Of a stretch of 64,000 bases of DNA, positions 35,972 through 47,870 are shown in pieces. Numbering within the stretch: the stretch's first letter is position 1; each line of letters begins with the position of its first letter. Source of the DNA: Utricularia gibba (Eukaryota; Plantae; Magnoliophyta); NCBI GenBank assembly GCA_002189035.1, contig CM007991.1, positions 4,154,001-4,218,000 of the forward strand, given 5' to 3'. Made by a program: the position numbers and the translations under genes. The notes beneath the pieces were generated by a model. That model was given only the letters and a program-made list of their open reading frames with translations. It had not been told where the DNA came from and made no database searches.

Positions 35972-38676
35972 CTACACAGATGGGAAGAACTTGTTGAGAT
36001 TGAGAGGCAGAGAGTAGAACTCCTCACTTCTGGCATCAGTCTTATAGGACCTGAATCTATCCCACCATTGCATCCCTCTGTCCTTCCTGGTTGCCGCATC
36101 CTTGGGGGGCAACGTCGTGTCCAGGATCATCGCAACTACTCCGCCCACAAACGCCTCCGAAGAAAACGGAACATTGACCATGTCATTGAACTGCACCATT
36201 GAACAACTGATCATCATCAGCATTGGGCAAGCTCCAGAGATGGTAAATTGTGTATAACAAAGTTGCAGTTGCAGCCTACCCATCTTGCATTCGTGTGGAC
36301 TGGACCGTGTCCTTTAACAGAAAGGTACTGATTGAAGTACTGCGGCACGGAGAGCCCCAGGAAAAATGAGATGGCGAGGATGAACATTGTTCTGAAGCTG
36401 TTCAAGTGGCAATACTGCAGGAGTCCTATGCCTCCAACGCCTGTTGTTGGATCTCGTTATGTTTCGTGGGTTCGGCCTAATGCGCAATCTTGAAAACACA
36501 GAGGGATCAGGCTTACCTACGTAGGCGAAGAGAATGCAGTACAGAGCAGCAACGATGGAAGGAGGTATGGAGGCAAACACAGCTCCGAACTTGCCTGTAT
36601 AACAAGTAATCATGGTGCTTGAATATGGTTAGAGGGAAGTGGTTGGTTTTTGAGGTGGATGTCAAGGAACTTGCCTAGGACTGAGAAGAATATCATGAAG
36701 CCAGCAGATATTTGGACCACTCTTCGGCTACCTACTTTTGTGAATCCAAGCAATCCGGCATTTTCCCTGCATCGAGATCTATGGTTAGATATGCAGCTGA
36801 ATCAGATGGGAACATTGTCAAAGGAGCTGCACTCACACGGATACTGATGAACCATTTCCAGTTCCAAATATACCAGACAACAGCAACGCCATACCCTGAA
36901 ATGATAAGAGTTTAAAAAAACGAAAACAGAGCCTTGACTCTCACAAGCAGCAGCTTTCTGACTTTACCTGCCAGCCAACTCCACGGCTGAGAACAGACTG
37001 TGGAGTGGGAGTTGCACTGGAGTATCTCGAAACAACGACATAAAGACCAGTCGACTGCGAACAAAAGGAGTTTTGCCATGATCTAAGGTACTTGGGTGAT
37101 GTATTACCTCATGGTCAGAAATGGAAGTGTACCTCAACAAGAGCTACAAAAGAAGTAGCCATCATGGCAAATGATTCTCCGGCGTCAAATGTAGGAGCTC
37201 CCCACTGAAAGGGGTAGGGTATTCTGATCCTGGACATGGTGGAAACATTGTAACTTCTACAACTAACATGCTACCGGAAATTCTCATCTAATTTAGATAG
37301 ATTACAGAAGAGTTTCATACCAAGGAGCACCGCTTATGATCCCAGCTCGATCTGTTCTGCAGCTCATTTGAGTGGCTAATGGTGCATCCTTATATGCTCC
37401 CCCAACCGTGAGTATGTGAGCGTATATCCAGACAACGATAACGGTGAACAGTACAGAGAAACGATCCAAGACGTGCCTTCCACCTTTCAGGATTTGAGGT
37501 AAGTACTGAAAAAGTCACTACACTTATAGTAAGGTGATGTTTCCATAAAGCAATGTTTAATGAAAGACTCCTAGCAAGTTCACTTAAAGCAAGATAGGTG
37601 AAGAAATCCCACCTGTGAGAATATGATCAGTAAGACAAGCTGTGGAAGACCAATCTCCACACATTTTGCAAGCTGAAAAAGATTATGAGAGTGAGTCATT
37701 TGTAACGGAAATGACTGACTTCAGTTTGATAAAGAAATCGAAAAGAGATTAATGTAGCAGAATGTATTTCACCAAAGGAAAGCCCAACTCGTATAATCCG
37801 AATCCCGCAAGAGCCACCAAAGGAACAGTAGCGAGAGGGCTCAAGAAGCTGCAACAAAAGCAAAAACAGGTAAGAGAAAAACAAATACATCCAGCATCTC
37901 AGGGTACAGTTCATTTCTGCTACTCTAGATTTCGTTCACCTGATTATGTTTCGCCATAATCCACTAAAACCAATGATAATCTGAAGAGTAGAAGCCACAA
38001 TCATAGAACCCTGAACTCCTCTCATTGTCCTCCTGAATTTCTGTATTTGGAAAAAAAAAACATAAAGTTGAGCACATTGTTTACTTCCCAAATGCTTGAC
38101 AAGGCTTGCTCTATACCTCATGTGGATCCAAAATGTCGCCATATCTGCCAGCCAAGACTATGGACAACGTTGCAGGCACGTAAGTGTAAGAACCTCCAAT
38201 GACGGTTGGGAGTCGAGTCCCAAACAATGTTTGCGCTAGCGTATTCAGACCAGCAACAAATTGAAGTGTCTGAATCGTGAGAGCCTTCTCTTCCTATGTT
38301 GGAGCCAACAGTTAGCTTAGAAATCATGAATCCGCAAGTCTACTCATTTTTTATTGCAAGTCTTACTTTCCCTCCTCCCATTTGGGGAACAAGATATGTT
38401 GGTATTAGCACAGTTGTTCCCAGCATCACAAGGTAGTGCTGGAAGCCTAGCAGTATGGCTTCAGCTACAAGTTCAGATTATCCAGAATGTTGTAACAGAT
38501 AAGTAAGTGATGAACGAGACACAACGTTGGCACCAGATACAAGCAAAGAGAAATAACTTACGCCAAGGAGGAGGGCTAGTGATGCAGTAAGAAACTCCAA
38601 GCAACTGATCCTTCACTGGATGTGGGAGTAAATCCTCTTGTTTCGTTTGCGGCGCAGCTGTCGTCCCACCAGCCAT
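35972..38676 (-). CDS. NAT: Nucleobase-ascorbate transporter (NAT/NCS2; NAT6/7/8-like), 534 aa
   Basis: 14 exons: 38676-38562, 38464-38367, 38293-38117, 38040-37940, 37848-37773, 37672-37613, 37505-37321, 37229-37133, 37054-36968, 36895-36837, 36766-36675, 36594-36517, 36440-36280, 36190-35972; total 1605 nt in frame. TM1 QH motif (GFQHYL), NAT signature ENAGLLGFTKVGSRRVVQ, C-terminus EEFYSLPLNLNKFFPSV. Confidence 0.96.
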
Positions 38677-40586
38677 GGCTACCGCCTCCTTTTCACTTGC
38701 AGAAACTAGAAGCGTTAAGCTTACAGAATCTGAGACAGTGCTCAAGCAGAATAGTTAACTACAGATGTTTGCTGAAACCTTGCAAGATCCAAAAAACTTT
38801 TGTTACCTCTAGAAGACAGTGCTAGCCAATCTTTATGTGGTCAACAAAAACATGCCATGCAAAGAAGATGTCCCGAAGAATGTAAAAAAGGTGAAGAGTG
38901 CTTCACAAGTAGCCGAGCTGGTGATTTTACCGCAAAAAAAGTGGCCCCGGACCGCTGTCATGATATTCAAAAATAACCCATAAAGCAAATCTGAAGGTAG
39001 GACAATATGGCCAAATCAACTGAGGTGAAATAGAGTAAAAGGAAGAGACAGGACAGTAAAAAGAAAAAGCAAGGAACCAACGTTCTGCAACTCCAAGGGA
39101 ATCTCGTTCATGGTAGTCTTTTGTTCCCTTTGGATTGGCATCAAACTTTGAATTTTCCCTGTCTTTAGCACTAAGCATTTCCCTTTGTTCTCCTCTTACT
39201 TGAGAGATAAGCTTGATTGGCATCTTCTTCTCGCTTGATAATGATACAGCTATGTTACAAATGAACATTTAGCCATAGCGACAAGCCGCATATTCCTAAT
39301 TTTCCACTTAAATGGACAGCCATAATTCAAGACAACCCAACGGGAAACTGGAACACTCTTCACAATTTAGAATAAAGATTTTCACTTGCTACATAATTCT
39401 TGTTCTCAAATCTGCTTTAACCCGAGATCTTTTTGTTACATAGGTCTCACTGTTATTCAAGAATTCACAAACCTTAATAAGGCAAACTCTCTACCACAAA
39501 ATAGATGCAGGGTGTACCCCAGAGCTTCAGATCATCAAGTTTTCATTCGACACTCACTGAGTTTGAATTCAATATCTGAAAGTAAAACAACATAGGAGTG
39601 CATCATTAACACAAATAGTAGATTGCTTAATACAAGTGAAGATTTGTACATCATTGACTAATCCCTGGATTGCAACCTGCACGTCTCCAGTTCAAGCTGA
39701 AGAAGAGATTTAGAGAGAATGAGGAGAATACAAAGGAGTCAAGTATGATGATTGATGAGCTCGTGCTGCGATCAAAAAAGTAATCAAAAGTCAGCAAAGA
39801 TAAAGCAGTAACTCGAGAACTAAAACTAAGACTAACATACGTTTTAGATAAAGCAATAAAACTCAGCAGTGACCCCCCACTCCAATCCTCTCGGCATCAG
39901 TTTCCGCTTGTCCGAAATTAAAAGTCCGTACAGAGAAGCATCGCGAACCACTACGAAAAGTGAACCACGTCAAGAAACAAAAGGGACAAAAAAACACGAA
40001 ATAGGACCGACCTTGCTGAAGCCCCTTCCTAGCCTGCAGAGTATTGAGATCAGCAGAACGCCTGCTTAACATCAAGTGGGTCTTCACCCTGCCCTGAAAA
40101 GCCGAATTCTTTGATATAATTAGCCTTCAGCAGCCTTACATTCCTCTTGCACCCAGACGCAGACCCAGTTCCACGCCATCTTGTGATTTGACTAGTAGAG
40201 TTAAAGAATGTTAACAAAATGCATGAGACTCTTCTCGAAGGGTCGTCTTGATCGACAAAATGCATCCTAATGCAAATTCTTCATCTCACCCAATTACTTT
40301 TACGCTACCCTGGTCCCTTACACTACAATTATACCTCAACGATACCCCCATGTCATTCTTCTTCCATTTCTCATTTCCATGAAAGCTAAAACCTGGTAAA
40401 ATTCAAATCTTGACCAGTGGTTTTTAACATCAGGTGATTTTGTCGTCAACTTTATCATCAGAAGAGCGGATGATCGTGTATAGATGAATATTGTTGCAGA
40501 CTTACGCTCTTTTGAATGGATCTACTGGTTCGCTTTCAAAAAAAAAAAAAAAAAGGTTGCAACTTCCACAATGGGCATAGTAATTT

Positions 40587-42154
40587 TCATGTCATCCGGA
40601 ATCTTCCTAGTACTTCCGTGGTGAACAGAGATATCAACTGAAGTTCCTTTACACACTCCTCCATTGAAGGCCTCTCTCGACCATCGACTCGAACGCACCG
40701 AGATGCTAGTTTCGCAAACCCGATAATGGATTCCATCATGTAAGAATGCCACGCCATATCAGGATCAATCACCTTTTTCAGTTTCCTCTTGTCATCGAGT
40801 ATATGTCTGACCTGTGAAAATCAAGATATACAGACCAAAAGGATCAATCATCCATTGGTGTCTTTCAATTTTGCTAAGTTCTAGGAATTTAAAGGTTCAG
40901 AATCACCTCTAGTACTAAACTTTTTTCATTCAGGTCCAGTGCTCTTCTTCCAGTCAAAAGCTCGAGCAGAACCACCCCGAATGCGTAGACGTCACTCTGT
41001 AGAGTAAGTTTACCTGTCTGTTCCCAATGCTATTTACGATCAGAAGATTAAGCTATGTTACAGCCATGAATGCTTTTGAATGAAAAGCATACCAAGGCAT
41101 ACTCAGGATCAAAGTATCCAAAGGTACCAAGAACCGTAGATGTCACACAAGTTTCCTGCCCATCCAACATTAGCTTTGCCAGTCCGAAATCCGATATCTG
41201 TTTGGTAGATGAAGAATAGAGAAACATGGTTATCTGACAATGATAACAAAAAAAGATTTTTTTTATTCTTGAGTTAAGTCACTTGTTCCTACCTTTGCTT
41301 CGTAATTCTCATCGAGGAGGATGTTAGAGGACTTCAAGTCTCTATGAATAATGGGACTCCCTAAATGTGGACATGAGTGGAGATATGCAAGCCCTCTTGC
41401 AGCACCAAGGGCGATTTTGATCCGTAAGGGCCAATCCATCTTTATATCTCTTGTTCCTATATCATCAATTTCATGCAGCATTAGAGGATTCAATGAAATG
41501 GACAATAGAACCTGTCTGCCATGTGCTGTTAAAAACCAACCATTTAAGTTATCTTGCAAGTTCCCTTTACGCATGTATTCATACACGATAAATCTTTGCT
41601 TCCCATCAGCACAATATCCAATAAGGCTTACGAGATTTGGATGAGACAACCTGCTCAAAAGATCAACCTCTACCCGGAACTCCCTTTCCCCTTGTGCTGC
41701 TTTGAATTGTGGTAGCTGGAGCATTCGCTTGATTGCCACAACCTGAGAATTCAAAAGGCATCCTTCATACTAGTTTACCATCATCAATTCGGGTTGACTG
41801 AAAAAATGCGTAGTAAAATATGTATACCTCCCCAGACTTCAGAGTTCCCATGTACACTTTGCCAAAACCCCCCTTTCCAACCACTTTCTGCTCTCTAAAA
41901 CCATCTGTTGCTTCTTCCATTTCTCTCTGTGTAAATACTTGTGATGAATTTCGTCTTTTTGTTTGTGGGAACTGGTAATCCATTGTCCACAACTCCACAG
42001 GCTTGTATATCCCTGGGAAACAGGAATTGCAGCTGCAGTCAAAAATGTTCATGATCATGCACAACAGGACGGTAAATACATTACATGGATTGATGTGGTC
42101 CTCTGACTTGCTTCTCCTACGTTTGCTCCAGGCATGGGCTAATGCTAACCGCAT
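40587..42154 (-). CDS. PBL28: Receptor-like cytoplasmic Ser/Thr kinase, PBL28-like (353 aa)
   Basis: Exons 42154-42085, 42012-41828, 41742-41541, 41456-41293, 41197-41093, 41017-40907, 40811-40587, all in phase. Motifs [21 protein letters not shown] and [10 protein letters not shown] are intact. N-terminus [10 protein letters not shown]...PWIYK is characteristic. Confidence 0.9.
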
Positions 42155-44978
42155 TTTCGGAAACGTTGGATGCTACCCTCTGGAGCAAACACTGTAAGGT
42201 TAGACAAACTGAAGCGAGAAATGATGCTGATTTGCAGGACAGTTGTACAAACTGCCGACAAGATTATACCATCGAGTAGAATGCAGAATCCCCATTGGAG
42301 TACGATTAAAGCAAATAAGAAGTTGACAATGTTTATGCTTAGCTCTACCCACCAAGATTTCTGCCTTGAAGGAACAGAGAAAAGCTACCTTATGTTAAAG
42401 GTGCCATCGTATAGTTTTTTTATCTGTCTCATTGTTTTTTACAGGAGAGACAAACTACCCTCTCATGGTGCCTGATTCTGTATAAATTGTTTTTGTATGC
42501 GTTGTAACATAAAGCTCCTTTTTTTCCAAACCCGAACTCCCATGAATCGGAACCTCTCAAAACCACAGACAAACTTGAACGAAAATCACCAACAGACGTG
42601 CAAAATACGCTTGTACGATGATAAAGTGGTTACGGTTGAGAGGTAACTTTCTCATGTACCTCAAGTTACCATGGTGAGAGCCCTCCATCGAGCCTTCCTT
42701 CTTCAACACTTTGATAGCTCTGGTTTACTCACTAGACACAAGAACTCCACTTCATGCGATGCGGCTATTGTGATCCAACGGCTTTCTGCAAATGGTGTAA
42801 TCAATGAAGATGCCAACCACGCACGGGACGACCATAATCATGTCATCCCTACCCCACCGATCAAAAGCAGGAATTTTTATGACTCCCATCCCATGTCTTT
42901 CGCCCAACTCATTCCTAGAGTAATAACCGTAAGCAAAGATGCATTGTTATGAGAGGTATGAAACACATACCTCCACAAACACCACATTCTGTGGTATCTG
43001 GATTCAAATACTCATCTCCCAAAAAGGTTGCGGGTTCTTCTAGTTTTTAGATCAATCCCAACAATACATCAAATGCGAGAATCACTCATCTCTAAAGGGA
43101 AAGAACAAGGAAGGCGGTTGCATCCGTAAAATGTCTCACTACATATTTCCGAAGCATCATGAACCCCAGTCCTGAATGCTCACGCCCATGGCGCAGCATG
43201 CTTCCTACTCCATCACCTCCTTCTGGGCTCGTGCAGAGAATGATCCCCTCATTAATGGGCCTTCGTATTTACCCCGTACAACAGCTGCACCCATTAAAGT
43301 TGTGCGCTTGGGCCAACAATTTTCAGCATGGAGATGCACTCTGCTGAAATTGTGCGTGTGAACGCAAGCACGCAGCGGCTGGACACACGACCCATTCAAA
43401 AAAGAGGACATTTTTACCGACCTCCCCTTCAACTGGCACCCGAAACTTCCGACTATAAATAGGGCATGTCATGTAAATGTTTAACGGTTGTGTAGTAATT
43501 ATGCCAATTTGTAAGTATTCTAATGTTTAACGGTTTTATAACAATATTAGAAATTCAGATTTTATAATTAATTTTATAAATTATTGAATTTTTTGAATAT
43601 TCATATTAATGATTAAATAATAAATTAATTTAAAAAATTATACTATTCCTTTTACATATTTTTTTAAAAAAATACATTTTTATCATAATATTAAATTATT
43701 ATTAAATCAATTTAATATACTATTTTCTAAGATATTATATTAAATTATTATATAATTTAATATATTAAACTTTATTTTATTAAATTTTATATTATCTCAT
43801 AAAATAGTTTTACAATCTAAAAACTGATTTTATTTATATAATATCACAATTATTCTATTTTATATAATTTGAAACATACAGAATATACTCATAATATTCT
43901 AAAAATCATACATTGATCGATCTTTTAGTTCAGTTCCTCTTAAAATCTCTATTTTTTTTTCTTTTTAAGCACCATAAACATTATCTTCAAACATGTGTTC
44001 CTATTGGGATTATGTAACATAGGATCTCAAATTGATGTTATAGACTACTCAAGTATTGATATTTGATGAGAAATGTCCATTTAGAACACCTTCTGTTTCT
44101 ATAAACCCTATTATAAAAAGAATAAAATTAGGAAAAAAACAATATATTGTTTTTACAGTATATGAAAATGATTGAAACATTTGGTCTGAAAAATGAGTGA
44201 AATGCAATGATGGGAGATGCATGGCAATTGGCATCCAGCTCCACCACTTCCAAACACACACATTCTCTTCCATGGAGATGGAGCCGCCTCTCTGTTCAAA
44301 CCAACACTCATTTCCTCAAGTGGCGACTGCTTTTACTACCCACAGGCCACAGACCACACTTGTAGTTGGATCCACCCATCGCATCGCTTATCCTTCCAGT
44401 TCTTCATTATTGCTCGCTCCACAAAACCCCATTCCCCCTCCTTTCTTTTTCAGTTCGGCAATTCTGTAGTAACTTAACATATGCGCACTGCTGAATGCTG
44501 ATGGGTATGATGACTGTTCTGTTTTTGTGGAATCCCATGTAATATTCTTGCCGAACCAAAGGATCGGTCCATAGATCCATCCATCATTCTGTGCTCTGCG
44601 CTGCGCCCGCCAACTGCGAAAAGGCTGCTGCGACACAAGGCAAGGCACACAACTAACGAAGCGGTTAAAATGATTTTCACCAAACTGCAAAAGGGAGGGA
44701 GATGATGAATGAAGCCTGTGCAGTCATGATGGATGGAGTCTGTGGTCTGTGTGCGTGGTGGTTAATTGGTGAATAATAAATACTCCATCCACAAGCGCAA
44801 GCCACCCTTCCTCCTCTTCTCTTCCCTGCTCTCCATTTTCAATGCAAGCTGCGGGCTGGGGGTGGGGCGGCTGGCGTACGCACCACCACACCCCACCAAC
44901 TCAACATAAAATAATTCATTTTTAATCCACTTACAATTAAATATATATAAAATAAGCACACTAGAAAAAAATAAAATT

Positions 44979-45567
44979 GGTGATATAAAGTTTTCATAAA
45001 TATTACTTTGTGAAATACCCTATTTTTTATAAGATTTGTAAAATACCTTTTATAAATTTATCGGAATTATGTAATTTGATAATTAAATGTTATTTGGATT
45101 GAGTATATATATATATATATATTTTATGTATTACGTATAATTTGATCTTTTAAAATATTTTGGATAGAGTATTTATTTTTTTAATATTTTATTAATTATA
45201 TTACATATCATTCGATTGTTTTAATTATTTGTATTGACTGTTTGTTTATTCTTTATTTTAAATTTATGTGACACATCATTTTATTATTTGAAAGTATTTG
45301 GGTTGAGTCCTTATTTACTATTTATTATGAACTTGTATTACACATTATTATTCAATCGTTAATTATCAATATAATCAAATGTAAATTAATTATTTATTTT
45401 GAACATATTTGTATATTTTAATTATTATTTGTTCATATATTTATTATTTGTTCTTTATTACACATTGTCACTTGATCTAAAAAATACTTAATAAACAAAT
45501 GACATAATTCTGAAAAAATAACAGGGACTATTTCACAAACTAATTTTTGGGCAATAGGTATATCACC
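44979..45567. mobile_element. AT-rich MITE (Mutator-like), copy 2
   Basis: GGTGATATA/TATATCACC inverted ends; internal similarity to 25247-25893; contains (TA)n at ~45103-45122. Confidence 0.7.
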
Positions 45568-46261
45568 CATGAAGCCAAACACACTGTATTTCCAAAATTA
45601 TAAAAGAGAATTTATTCCAAATATATATTAGGTTTCTGTCTGATCCCAATTCTCGAAAATCATTTTTTGTAAGTGTTTATAATCAAATAATTTGTTTAAA
45701 AAAGAAATCCTGTTTTTCTTTTTTAATCGAGTTTTGCTACTTACCCTAACATGACAATATTTCTAAATGAGCTCCTCGGGTTGGATGGTTTGGTGGTGGA
45801 TGGATTCTCCATCCAATCCACGCTAGTCATTCATCTCATCTTACAATAATATGTATTTTATATATTTTTTTAGTACAACATTTAAGAAAAAAAAAGTTGG
45901 TGGGGGCGACGACCCCTATCTGTCCCCCGCGCCCTGGATCCGTTTGAGAAGATGGGATGGAGAATATGAACACACACACACACAAATGAGTAAGATGCTT
46001 TTAATCAATCAATCCCATGGAGATGGAGGTGGAGGTGTCGAGATTCTCCCTTAGAATGAATTTAGTTTTGTGTTACGTTTCTCGATGCGATGAAAAAAGT
46101 GGTTGCGGTGTGATGCATATAAATGGTGTCGAGAGGGGGGCGCAGTCGGTTTAGCATCCAACATGGAGAAATTTTGAAAAGAAAATGATGAAGAAGGCAG
46201 ATAAAAAAGGCTGAGAGCGACTCATCTTTTTTCTTTGCATCAAAGGAAGCAAAAGCAACCC

Positions 46262-47870
46262 ATGGAAGAGCAGCACCTGCCTGTGACTCATCTTCTTCAA
46301 CACACACTCAGAAGCCTCTGCCTCCATGGAAATTCTCAATGGGTTTACGCTGTTTATTGGAGAATCCTCCCAAGGAACTTCCCACCTCCCAAGTAAGCCC
46401 TCTCCCCTCTCTCTCTGTCTCTTCTCTTGAGGCCGGTGTGCTGTTCTTGATTGGGCTCTGCATTGTAGGTGGGATGGTCAAGGGGTATCTGTGACAGATC
46501 CAGAGGAAACAGAAGGAACTGGTGTGTGTTTCAGTTTTTACCATACGCACAAATACGAGATCTAGTACGACTCATAACTGAACTGGATCACGTTAAAAAC
46601 TTTGAACCCAAGGCAACTTGAAGGAATAATTTGTTTTTAACTCTTTTCATTATTTGAGTTTTGGAGCTGTTTTCGTTGGATTCAGGATATTGGTATGGGA
46701 AGACGGCTTTTGCAACTTTGCGGAGGCGGGCAGCGCAGGCACGTCGGCTTACGGCAGCAGCGACTTCCATCTTTATCAGGGACTGCAGCCAGAGCTGTTC
46801 TTCAAGATGTCTCATGAAATCTACAACTACGGAGAGGGGTAGGGGAAATTGAAAAGGGAAGGGAGAAAAAAAAAAGCATTCTTTCCTCCCTAACGCTTCA
46901 TTATATTTGACATGCAGTTTGATCGGGAAAGTAGCAGCTGATCAAAGCCACAGGTGGATCCACAACGAAGCAAACGTTGAACAAGCGAAGTTGATGTCTG
47001 CATGGGCTCATGAGTCACTTGACTCAGTACGTTGCTATCAGAGTTGTACAATGATTCAGCTTCATTAATCAGACCAGTTACTTTACTTCCCTGTTACAAG
47101 CTCTGATCCTATCTGTGTTTTCCCTTTCTCTCTTCTCCTTCACCTGTCAGCATCCAAGGACTTGGGAAGCACAGTTTCAGTCTGGAATTAAAGTAAGTGG
47201 CTTTCTTTTACTCTAAATACACTTAGTTGTTTCACGGTGGTCACACATAATACTACCCTCCTTTTCACATCCTAAGTGGATCCAGAAACCGGCTCCTTTT
47301 GCGTTGATTGTTTTGCAGACAATCGCCTTGATTGCTATCGGTGAAGGCATCCTTCAACTAGGAGCAGTTCACAAGGTTTCACCCCATCTACGTCCCATAC
47401 ATCATCTATCTGTTCTGTCCTCCCTTAGCAGCAGCAGCAGTAGCCAACAGAACGTGAACTCGACTGATGCGCAGGTGATGGAGGACTTGAGCTACGTGGT
47501 GATGGTGAGGAAGAAGTTGAGCTACATAGAGAGCATCCCAGGGGTGTTATTGCCGCATCCATCCTCCGGCGGAGCATGCTCTCTGAAGGCTCAACCCGCA
47601 CCATCCGATGCATGGAATCTTCACAGTGATTTGTTCCCAAATGACCATGTCGCCACTCCCCTCCAATCAAGCTGATAACCCCATCGATGAGCAGCCTCGA
47701 AGCCCTTCTCTCGAAGCTCCCCCCGTCCTCCCGTCGCTCCTTTCGAATCGCAAGATCACCCATTCCCGATCGAAGACAACCGCGCGGATGAAGTGGAGGA
47801 GAGTGGGGTTGGGGACGGCTCGATTCCGCCGAATCTGCAACATCACCAAAATTTGCGCCAGTTCGGTTGA
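46262..47870 (+). CDS. RICE SALT SENSITIVE 3-like protein (bHLH-MYC N-terminal domain); reading frame broken as assembled, so either a pseudogene or an assembly error
   Basis: Exons 46262-46392, 46469-46521, 46686-46838, 46918-47026, 47151-47192, 47319-47375, 47475-47870. Motifs: THLLQHTLRSLC...WVYAVYWRILPRNFPPPKWDGQG, DRSRGNRRNWILVWEDGFCNF, QGLQPELFFKMSHEIYNYGEGLIGKVAAD, HPRTWEAQFQSGIKTIALIA, ITPSMSSLEALLSKLP. Frame breaks at ~46482, ~47658 and ~47719. Confidence 0.88.

Noticed and set aside
47011-47026. Inverted pair of GCN4/AP-1 motifs TGAGTCA-CT-TGACTCA
   Set aside because: Lies inside coding exon 4 of the RSS3-like gene (HESLDS) and is explained by codons.
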